A stretch of 64,000 nucleotides of DNA from Epithemia pelagica (Eukaryota; Protista; Bacillariophyta). Location: the NCBI GenBank assembly GCA_946965045.2, contig OX337235.1:1488001-1552000 (forward strand), read 5' to 3'. This document shows positions 43,716 through 52,424 of this stretch, piece after piece. The position numbers and the translations under genes were made by a program. Position 1 is the first letter of the stretch. Every line of letters begins with the position of its first letter. The notes beneath the pieces are model-generated. The model had not been told where the DNA came from, searched no databases, and saw only the letters and a list, made by a program, of their open reading frames with translations.

Positions 43716-46700
43716 ATGAAAGCCTTGGATGCCGTCGAAAAGGGCAAGGCGGATTGGCGCGAGTATCGATGTGTGCAGTTGGACAATGGTGTCACGGTCT
43801 GTTTGGTCCACGACGGAGAATCCAAAACGACCGCTGCAGCGGCCACGGTCCAGATTGGAGCGGCGGCCGATCCTCGATCCTTGTCGGGATTGGCCCATTT
43901 TTGCGAACACATGGTCTTTTTAGGATCGGAAAAGTATCCGATTGAAAATGAATACAAAAAGTTTTTGGCCCAACATGGCGGTCGATCCAATGCCTCCACT
44001 TCCTTGCATTTGACCACATTCAAGTTTGAAGTCTTGGCGGACCATGCCGAGCAAGCCCTGGACATTTTCAGCAACTTTTTTGTCAGTCCCCTCTTTACCA
44101 AATCGGGTACCGAACGAGAAGTCAATGCGGTCGATTCCGAAAACTCCAAGAATTTGACGGCCGATGTTCGTCGACGGTTGCAAATTATCAAGGATTTGTG
44201 TGATCCCCAACAATACTTTTCCAAATTCACGACGGGAAATTCACAAACATTGCCGACTCGAAATCCAGACGAATTGGTCCATGTTCGTGATGCACTCTTG
44301 GCCTTTCATCGAAAGCACTATCGACCCGACAACCTCACTGTGGTAGTGGCTGGACCTCAAACATTGGATCAACTCCAAGACTGGGTGGTTCCACGGTTTG
44401 GGACCATGCAAGCCCAGAGTTTTCCAGAAATGGTCCAGGATATGTCAGAGGTGGAACAGTTGGTTCATGAATCAGCCAAGGATGTGCCACCCTATGGGTT
44501 TCATGCACCTTCGGCATCTTTTACCAATCCGTTTAGTGTGCCAGTCCGAACGTCGTTGCCCTCACTGCTTACCATTAATCCAGTACGAAGTATGCGTCGC
44601 TTGACACTCCTCTTTCCTCTTCCTCCCGTCTTTAAAAATGCGGATCAATCTCCCACATCGGTTCTCTCGCATTTGTTGGGACACGAAGGACCGGACTCTC
44701 CTTTTGCCCTTTTGCAAAATCAAGGTCTCATTACCTCTTTATCGGCTGGCAATCGATTTTCTGAGCCCACCTTTTCTCTCTTTCAAATTGACATGGCACT
44801 TACCGAAACGGGAGAAACACGATGGAAAGAAGTGGTCGATGTCATTCTCCAGTATGGTCGGTTTCTGCATGGAGAAACCCTCCGTGCCAAACAGGGCAAC
44901 CCAAAGTCTTCACGGTTGTTGGAAATATGGCAAGAAAATATTCATCTTTCGCGCATCTTTTTTGACGAAACATCTCCTGGTCAGGTCTACAATCTTTGCC
45001 CCAGCTTGTCCTCCTCCATTGTGCAGAATGGAACCCAAAAGTCCATGAGTGCTGGATACATGCTCGATGAAGACATGTCCACCTTTCCCTTGACACAATT
45101 ACAAGAATTTGCTGCCTGTCTGGTGGCAAGCAACTGTTTGATTGAACGGTGTAGCAAAGACGCATGGGACGAAATGGAACAACAACAACAACAACAAGAC
45201 GGTTCGGCACCGTCCTCCAAGAAAACCGAACAATGGTACAATGTTCCCTATCATCTCTCGGATTTGGATCCGTCCGATGTGTCACGATGGAGTTCCGACC
45301 AGCCATCCAAACGCTTTTTGGATGCCAAACATTTGACACTTCCGGCGAGCAATCGCTTTATTCCCCGATCGCTCGAACTCTGTCCGGACTTGAGTGAAGA
45401 AGCCAGAGCTGGACCTCGGATTGACAAGGAAATGGATCCGCCCAAACTACTCATGAACGATGCCAGATTGGGACGCCTGTGGCATCGCCTCGATGATCGA
45501 TACGCCTTACCAAAGTCAAGTGTGACGCTCTTTTTGGCCAATGCGGCCGTCGACAATGTCAAAAGGGATGGTGTTTGGAGTCATGATCCCAAAACAGCAG
45601 CACAGTCCACTTTATTGGCAAGTATGTTCAACCAAGCCTTGGCCCAAGACACCTATGCTGCCTCCTTGGCAGGACTTGGATGGGACTTGAGCTTGTCATC
45701 CGGTGGCATTGGACTCAACTGCAGTGGCTTTTCCGATCGACTCCATGACTTGGCCTTGGAGGTGTTATCGGCCTTTTTGAAGCCTACCTTTATGACGGAA
45801 TTCCATTTTTCGGGAGCCAAGGATCGTTTGATTCGGTCTCTCAAAACCTTTTTTGAGTCTCGCCGGGCCGATTCCCATGCCGTGTACTACCGCAATCTCA
45901 TTCTGGACTCGTCCAGTGTGGATATTGAATCGTCCTTGCAGGCGGCGGAAGCTGTCACCCTCCAAGATGTCCAGGAGCATCACAAATCCCTTGTTCAAAA
46001 CAAGGAGGTGTTTCTGGACTGCTTTTTGTGTGGGAATGTGTCGGAAGGCGACGCCAAGACCTTTTTTGAAAGCGCTACATCACAGCTGTTGAAAGCGCGT
46101 TCGGGTCAGCCGTTGGCGGATGCCACCATGTGGATTCCCGGACCTACCGAAACCCGACTTGGTGCCAACGACGATATTGACTTGCACTTTTCGAGTCAGA
46201 ACCCACACGAGGAAAATGGATGTTTGGTCATGAGCTTTCAATCCAAGTTTCCTGGCTTTCGGGGACAAAAGTTGTCTTCGCCGGAAAGTATCAAGAATTC
46301 TAGTTCGCTCCGTCTTCTTAGCCACATACTTCGAGAGCCCTTTTTTGATGAGCTTCGCACCAAACAAGCACTGGGATATATCGTTCATTCCTACTATGAC
46401 TTTACCACATCCTTGACACCTGCAAGTCACAGTGATCTTATTGGACCGTCTTGTGTCCCGGTGGATTCTCTCACGGTGGAAATTCTGAGTCGCAAAGTCC
46501 CTCCACCCGAACTCAAACGACGTGTGGACGAGTTTTTTGTTAGCTTCAAAGACCTTCTCCGCAAACTCCCCACCTCCGAGATTGAATCGCACAAACAAGC
46601 CCTCAGCACCAAGTTGTTAAAACCTATTCAAAAACTGGGAACAGAAGTATCCACACAGTTCTCGCGCATTCGACGGTACGCGCCCGAAGTCGTCCAGTCG

Positions 46701-47096
46701 GGTGGTGGCGGTGGAGAGGAGGATATGCCGTGGAATATAACCAAAGAGTTGGCGGCAAGTATCCAAAAGTTGAGTCGACAGGATCTTTTGGAAACGTGGG
46801 ACCACATGGTTCCACGAGTATCCAGCATGGTCTACGGTTCAAGCTTTCCCTTAAAAACTGTTCCTCACGGACGCTCTCAAACCACCATCACCAACAGTGT
46901 GAAAGACGCCATTGCGCTTCGCCAAACCCTCCCTCACTACGACAATAAACCAACGCCATCAAATGCACCAATGAACCAAGTTATCCGAAATTTGGTGTCC
47001 AATCGTCCTATCATGGCAATTGCTGCGGTATCGTTTGCGAGTGTCGGTTACTTGGGGTGGACCGTTCTCGCGAAATCGAGGAAAATCGGTCGTTAG
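43716..47096 (+). CDS. M16A insulinase-family metallopeptidase (insulin-degrading enzyme-like) with a C-terminal hydrophobic helix
   Basis: GLAHFCEHMVFLGSEKYP (inverted HxxEH zinc motif), EREVNAVDSE and FFDELRTKQALGY. Confidence 0.92.
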   Translation: MKALDAVEKGKADWREYRCVQLDNGVTVCLVHDGESKTTAAAATVQIGAAADPRSLSGLAHFCEHMVFLGSEKYPIENEYKKFLAQHGGRSNASTSLHLTTFKFEVLADHAEQALDIFSNFFVSPLFTKSGTEREVNAVDSENSKNLTADVRRRLQIIKDLCDPQQYFSKFTTGNSQTLPTRNPDELVHVRDALLAFHRKHYRPDNLTVVVAGPQTLDQLQDWVVPRFGTMQAQSFPEMVQDMSEVEQLVHESAKDVPPYGFHAPSASFTNPFSVPVRTSLPSLLTINPVRSMRRLTLLFPLPPVFKNADQSPTSVLSHLLGHEGPDSPFALLQNQGLITSLSAGNRFSEPTFSLFQIDMALTETGETRWKEVVDVILQYGRFLHGETLRAKQGNPKSSRLLEIWQENIHLSRIFFDETSPGQVYNLCPSLSSSIVQNGTQKSMSAGYMLDEDMSTFPLTQLQEFAACLVASNCLIERCSKDAWDEMEQQQQQQDGSAPSSKKTEQWYNVPYHLSDLDPSDVSRWSSDQPSKRFLDAKHLTLPASNRFIPRSLELCPDLSEEARAGPRIDKEMDPPKLLMNDARLGRLWHRLDDRYALPKSSVTLFLANAAVDNVKRDGVWSHDPKTAAQSTLLASMFNQALAQDTYAASLAGLGWDLSLSSGGIGLNCSGFSDRLHDLALEVLSAFLKPTFMTEFHFSGAKDRLIRSLKTFFESRRADSHAVYYRNLILDSSSVDIESSLQAAEAVTLQDVQEHHKSLVQNKEVFLDCFLCGNVSEGDAKTFFESATSQLLKARSGQPLADATMWIPGPTETRLGANDDIDLHFSSQNPHEENGCLVMSFQSKFPGFRGQKLSSPESIKNSSSLRLLSHILREPFFDELRTKQALGYIVHSYYDFTTSLTPASHSDLIGPSCVPVDSLTVEILSRKVPPPELKRRVDEFFVSFKDLLRKLPTSEIESHKQALSTKLLKPIQKLGTEVSTQFSRIRRYAPEVVQSGGGGGEEDMPWNITKELAASIQKLSRQDLLETWDHMVPRVSSMVYGSSFPLKTVPHGRSQTTITNSVKDAIALRQTLPHYDNKPTPSNAPMNQVIRNLVSNRPIMAIAAVSFASVGYLGWTVLAKSRKIGR

Positions 47097-47139
47097 ATGG
47101 TCCATGGTCGAAAGCTATCTGCACTATTCGCCGCCATAT

Positions 47140-47335
47140 CTAGCTGCTACTCCTACCTTCTACTATGGGGTTTTCACTAATATGGGATCATCTTTTGCAG
47201 CCATCACACACTATATTATCTACCTACCTAGCTACTGCTACCTTCTACTATATACTCCTAGGGTTTTCACTATTTCTAACCCTAATAAGGGATCATCTTG
47301 TGCAGCCATCACACTTTCATGACACTATATTATCA
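47140..47335. repeat. Degenerate two-copy tandem repeat, G-poor on the + strand
   Basis: ctagct.ct.ctaccttctactat..ggttttcacta..gggatcatctt.tgcagccatcacac..cactatattatc occurs at 47140 and 47228. Confidence 0.75.
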
Positions 47336-47468
47336 TGATGGCAACGTCGACGAGGGTGATGAGAGACAAAGAATGCAAAGAATAACTCGATTTGTAATGA
47401 CGAGGTAATACTTTGATCTTGATGCTGGACATTCCTTGTTGCGATTGGAAGAGGGAAGAGCTAATAAT

Positions 47469-49112
47469 ATGGATCATTTGGCAACCGACGACGAACGACG
47501 CGCTCGCTGGTATTCCACACAATGGCCACGATATGTGCAAGTTCGACCAGCCACACAGATTTCCGAGTTACGTCGTACCGTTCCATGTCACGAGGAGAGG
47601 AACGAGTCTGCTGACAGGAGCAACCATCCCCACGAAGAGGAATCCTTATTTGTGTACAGCATGGACTGGACCATGGCTACATCATCATCACCAATCAACG
47701 ACAACCACCACGAGAAGGAGAGTACGAATGTGATCCGCGAAACAATTCAACAGCACGGATTTGCGATTGTATCCAATGTATTAACCAAGCATGATTGTGA
47801 ACATGCCTTGGAATTGGCACGCGATTGGTGGGAAGCGGCCTGTTTTGCCGATCATCATACTATGCAAACCCACAACAGGACAAATAAGACAGTGGAAGCA
47901 TCATCGCCCCTCAATCAAGTATCGAGAGAAAATGAGGAGGTCTGTAAAGAGGATGCAGTTGCTCGGAAAGTTCCTCAACATTCGTTGGAAGGTGGCATGT
48001 TGCCCTTTTATGGATCCGGTCATTCGACATTTGCCTGGTACGTCCGCAGTCGACCACGTCTTCTTCGAGTGTTTCAAGCATTGCACAACATTCACCCTAC
48101 TAATAACAACAAAGAAAAAGACATTGATGAACATGGTTTCGAAAAAGAAGATTCTCAGTTACTCTCTTCTCTTGATGGCATTGTCTTGTGGTCGCGTCAT
48201 CACCAAGCTCCCACCGATGCTGGATGGTTTCATGTGGATCAAAATCCCATTACCAAACCTCATTTTTGTTCCATTCAAGGATTGGTCAATTTACTTCCCA
48301 CGAACCCTGAAACGGGTGGCAATGCCTTGGTAGTGGGATCGCACCAGTATTTTCCACATCATTATTGTAGTTCCAATGGTACCACCACTGAGAATGATGC
48401 TGTTCCTGATAACCGCCAAAACCAACAAAAACGCAAGAACATGACCAAGGGAGAAGCAAATGATTCGCAGCAACCAAGAGTCGGTGAGTCGGCGCCCTTG
48501 TTCTACCAGAAACGGTTGGAGGAACTACAAGGTGATGATTGGATGGAAATTGATCCCTTGGATACCACAGTCTTGCAACCGGACAAAATTGTCACACTTT
48601 TATTGAATGCCGGAGACTTGTTGCTTTGGGATTCCCGTACCGTACATTGCTCGTATCCATCCATCAAGTTTCGTTCCGACCATAAACATCAAGAACAGCC
48701 CAATCACCAGCCACAATCCCATGCGGACAAATCCACCGAAGTGGCTCGTCATGACGGGTTTGTTCGTGCGGCAACCACCGTGACAATGATTCCAGCGCCC
48801 GGCAACCCCACTACAATTTCCCTTCAAGTATTGAAAGCACGAAAGGCAAGTTGCTCTCTCCCGTCCCTGCGAACCCTCACTCACTGGATTGATCACGTCC
48901 AACCGCTGGGAGAGGAACGGCCGAAAATGGCTAATCTCGAACAAGAACGGATTCAAGCCATGTTACAATGGGAACAAGAGCCACGACCATCGTGCGACGA
49001 AGATTCCTCCACAAGACGCAAGAAGAAAAAGGTTCTCCTTGATTTTGGGGAATTGAGTCTGTTGCAGAAACGGTTGGTGGTTGGCGACTCACCGCCATTG
49101 TTGGAAGGATAG
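47469..49112 (+). CDS. Second PhyH-like 2OG-Fe(II) oxygenase
   Basis: Motifs WFHVDQNP, IQGLVNL, GGNALVVGSH and AGDLLLWDSRTVH. Confidence 0.85.
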   Translation: MDHLATDDERRARWYSTQWPRYVQVRPATQISELRRTVPCHEERNESADRSNHPHEEESLFVYSMDWTMATSSSPINDNHHEKESTNVIRETIQQHGFAIVSNVLTKHDCEHALELARDWWEAACFADHHTMQTHNRTNKTVEASSPLNQVSRENEEVCKEDAVARKVPQHSLEGGMLPFYGSGHSTFAWYVRSRPRLLRVFQALHNIHPTNNNKEKDIDEHGFEKEDSQLLSSLDGIVLWSRHHQAPTDAGWFHVDQNPITKPHFCSIQGLVNLLPTNPETGGNALVVGSHQYFPHHYCSSNGTTTENDAVPDNRQNQQKRKNMTKGEANDSQQPRVGESAPLFYQKRLEELQGDDWMEIDPLDTTVLQPDKIVTLLLNAGDLLLWDSRTVHCSYPSIKFRSDHKHQEQPNHQPQSHADKSTEVARHDGFVRAATTVTMIPAPGNPTTISLQVLKARKASCSLPSLRTLTHWIDHVQPLGEERPKMANLEQERIQAMLQWEQEPRPSCDEDSSTRRKKKKVLLDFGELSLLQKRLVVGDSPPLLEG

Positions 49113-49227
49113 GCTTAATCCGTCGCCCAGGCCGCGGTAGACAATTCCATCTTATGTATGTCATAAGAATAGGATAGTCTATAAATTAAGAAGTTACTTA
49201 TATATATATATATGGAAGGATAGGCTT
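49102..49227 (+). mobile_element. 96-bp insertion (49117-49212) ending in (TA)n, flanked by a 15-bp target-site duplication
   Basis: tggaaggataggctt occurs at 49102-49116 and 49213-49227. The paralogous copy at 51906-51920 has one copy and no insert. Confidence 0.75.
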
Positions 49228-49476
49228 GACGTTGAGGGTATTCACATGCTCCACAATACTTCATCAACTATAGGCCCCGCCAAACCTCGATCGACCACTG
49301 TTCATCATGAGTTTCTTCTTTGTTGTAACTCTACTCCATCTTCGGTACTGCGATTCGTTTCTCCCGATTCATTGCGTTGACAATCGTTCCTCACTTTAGC
49401 GTAGCTCCACATTTTTAATATGTTTGACGCATAATTGGGAAGACAAACCAATCGATTGACCTCCAATCAAGTCAAG

Positions 49477-51348
49477 TTAGGAACTGTCCTCCCTCGACTT
49501 CTCAACAACGTAATTCGCTCCGTTGTTGTACATCGCGATCACGAACCCTGCAACGGCCCTATTACTACCACGTTGTTCCATGTCGCGGCGGGTCTGAATG
49601 TACCCAAGAAGCTGTGCGTGAGCATTCGCAAGAAAAGAAGAAGTAGGAGCATTCTTCGTCTGCTTGAGTTCTAGAATCACCACACAGGTATCCGAACCGA
49701 ACGTCACATCTGTTCGCTTCCCCGTCGCCGGCAGACGATCTTCTTGCGTTACTTCCGCGTTGGTATTGAGAGTGGTGAATGCTTCACTGAGGACGTGCGA
49801 CTGAAATTGAAGCTCCAATATATTGTTCTTCTCGTCTGATGCTGCCCAGGACATTAAACTTGCCATACAGGTATCTGAAATACTCGTCACGAAGTCCATT
49901 AGTATGTCCTCGCCACTAGAGTAGAGCTCTTCCTTTGCATTTAGAGACGTCAATTGCTGCAGGGATGACCGCAATGTCGTCAATAAAGGTTCAAGAATAT
50001 CTTTCCGGTAACAGTCAGAGGTCATGTGGAATACTGGGTTTCTTAAGGTACCCCGTGCTGACACAACACCGACGTGAAACAACAGAGTCAAATAATCTCC
50101 CACATCGATATCGGCTGCCAAGATAGCTTCTAAACTCAGTTGAGTGTTGAGCCTATACCCTGTGATCTGGTGGCCATCGGCCAGCATCTTTACTACGGTT
50201 CGGAGATTTCGTGCAGTTTCGAGCACTTTGTACACTGACGAAGGCACGGGTTCACACCCAGCGCGAACACTGTTAAAGCGCAATAATTCTTCCCTACCAT
50301 CAGAATCCTTGAGCAACATGTTCATGCATTCATTGACCAGCGCTGTATGAAAGAGAGAGCTTCCACCAACGAAGCAAAGATTGTTGAAATGGCGTTTGAT
50401 TCGCTCGAAGGCAAGGTCACGCTCTTCATCATCTTTGAACGGGACTGCATCGTGGACATTGTTGATCATCCTTCCGACATCTGCCTCAGTCAGCCCAACA
50501 GCATCTGCCATTGCTGGGTCAAAAGTGAGCACCTTGACGTTGAGACCACTCATCTCCCTAATTCCAATGGGTGTAACACCTGTGAGGAATAGTTTCGCAT
50601 GAGGGTGCACATCTAGAGTCGCTTTGCATGATCTGAAAAAACTGAAGTAGTTCGAAAAGACCCGCCTCATTGTGTCTCGGATCTCTGTGTATTGGATCTG
50701 ACTGCGCTGAGGAAGAAACTGTAGTACGGCATTCCTGATAGGCAGGTCGTACTCGTCCACTAGAAATAACAAACGCCCCCCCACGTGTCTGACTGCAGTG
50801 GTCAGAGCCATAATACGAAAGTCGACGGAGTCTCCATCTAAATCTTCCAAACAACCACTGAATTCTTCTTGAAGCTCCTTGTTTTGGCTCAACATTTGAC
50901 GAATCGCCAATTTGATGCAACCTCCAACTTTTTGGTCGATTGCCGTACCAACCTCTTCCCACGTTGCTTCCCAGGATGACGCAATGAAACCAAAGTCTAT
51001 ACGAACTACGAACCATTTGTTCCTGTCGTTTTCGCCGGGGGAATATTGCAGTTCAGAGTCGATTTGAGAAAAACTGTTGACTGAGAACAGCTCTTCCGCG
51101 AGGGATAGCAGCGTAGTTTTCCCCAGTTGCATAGGCCGGCATAGACATACAGAATGACTGTCGTTTGTAAACATCCTCTCGAGGTACAAACTGTTGTCGC
51201 GGTAATAACCGCGGCGGTCACTTGAATAAATTTCAGTGGCTTTCTGGTTCCGGCCGGGGAAGGTGATGATCTTGTTTTTTTTTGACGTTGGTTGTTCTCC
51301 ATTGCTACCCGCTCGATCTCGGTGATTAGTAGACGACGTCTTCATCAT
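49477..51348 (-). CDS. AAA-ATPase-like domain plus C-terminal PD-(D/E)xK nuclease
   Basis: Walker A CRPMQLGKTT, Walker B LFLVDEYD, LFLTGVTP; nuclease motif RTDVTF..ILELK..AQLLGY. Intronless. Confidence 0.85.
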   Translation of the reverse strand: MMKTSSTNHRDRAGSNGEQPTSKKNKIITFPGRNQKATEIYSSDRRGYYRDNSLYLERMFTNDSHSVCLCRPMQLGKTTLLSLAEELFSVNSFSQIDSELQYSPGENDRNKWFVVRIDFGFIASSWEATWEEVGTAIDQKVGGCIKLAIRQMLSQNKELQEEFSGCLEDLDGDSVDFRIMALTTAVRHVGGRLLFLVDEYDLPIRNAVLQFLPQRSQIQYTEIRDTMRRVFSNYFSFFRSCKATLDVHPHAKLFLTGVTPIGIREMSGLNVKVLTFDPAMADAVGLTEADVGRMINNVHDAVPFKDDEERDLAFERIKRHFNNLCFVGGSSLFHTALVNECMNMLLKDSDGREELLRFNSVRAGCEPVPSSVYKVLETARNLRTVVKMLADGHQITGYRLNTQLSLEAILAADIDVGDYLTLLFHVGVVSARGTLRNPVFHMTSDCYRKDILEPLLTTLRSSLQQLTSLNAKEELYSSGEDILMDFVTSISDTCMASLMSWAASDEKNNILELQFQSHVLSEAFTTLNTNAEVTQEDRLPATGKRTDVTFGSDTCVVILELKQTKNAPTSSFLANAHAQLLGYIQTRRDMEQRGSNRAVAGFVIAMYNNGANYVVEKSREDSS

Positions 51349-51583
51349 GGTAGTACTTCGCTGTGCTCTTCTAGAGACAGGAGGATTGATTGCAAGAGTG
51401 TGAAACACTGAAACACGGCAATCCGTTCTGCCAAAGAAACACCATCGTTACGAGCAAATGATAATAAATCCGTCCGCTCGTCGACCGTACGCTTCACTAT
51501 CAAGGTTTTCGTTCAGCCGGAAGATTCCGAAAATCACGGAAGTTTGCTTGGCAGGCCTTTTTGTATTGCGGTTTCTCGCACGA

Positions 51584-51967
51584 GTGACAATGATTCCAGC
51601 GCCCGGCAACCCCACTACAATTTCCCTTCAAGTGTTGAAAGCACGAAAGTCAAGTTGCTCTCTCCCGTCCCTGCGAACCCTCACTCACTGGATTGATCAC
51701 GTCCAACCGTTGGGAGAGGAACGGCCGAAAATGGCTAATCTCGAACAAGAACGGATTCAAGCCATGTTACAATGGGAACAAGAGTCACGACCATCGTGCG
51801 ACGAAGATTCCTCCACAAGACACAAGAAGAAAAAGGTTTTCCTTGATTTTGGGGAATTGAGTCTGTTGCAGAAACGGTTGGTGGTTGGCGACTCACCGCC
51901 ATTGTTGGAAGGATAGGCTTGACGTTGAGGGTATTCACATGCTCCACAATACTTCATCAACTATAGG
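51584..51967 (+). pseudogene. Orphan duplicate of the 3' end and 3' UTR of the PhyH-like gene (48780-49274)
   Basis: Direct repeat with 6 substitutions counted in the ~335-bp coding part; it lacks the 96-bp insert. Confidence 0.9.
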
Positions 51968-52424
51968 TTCGACAAATTTATCGCACGCTCCAAAATACTG
52001 GCCTCATGAACTATGGGTTCGACAGTTTATCTTTGTGGGCAATCAATCAATCCAGGCCAGGGACAAAGAACCGGTCTTCATGCGACAAATGATGATCAAA
52101 CATGGACCCATTGTCGAGAAAGACTAGCGCACATAGACAATAGTTGCTGAATGATTGCACATGACAAATCGCTGTGTGTCCTACAAGAACTACAAACCAC
52201 ACAGTTTGCTATGAACGAGAAAAGTGTTATGGTGGTCTTTGGTTTATATATTTACAGCTACCAAGACAACTCCTTTCCTTTGACTCTCTTTACGCTACGT
52301 GGGGTAATCCCTGGGTTCACTGTTTCTCGCGCTAGTACAGAGTAAAACCAGTTAAAGGAACATTCCTAGTTCATCCCCCGACGTCGATATAACCAGACAG
52401 GCAAAAGCAGTGAAAGGAATTTTC

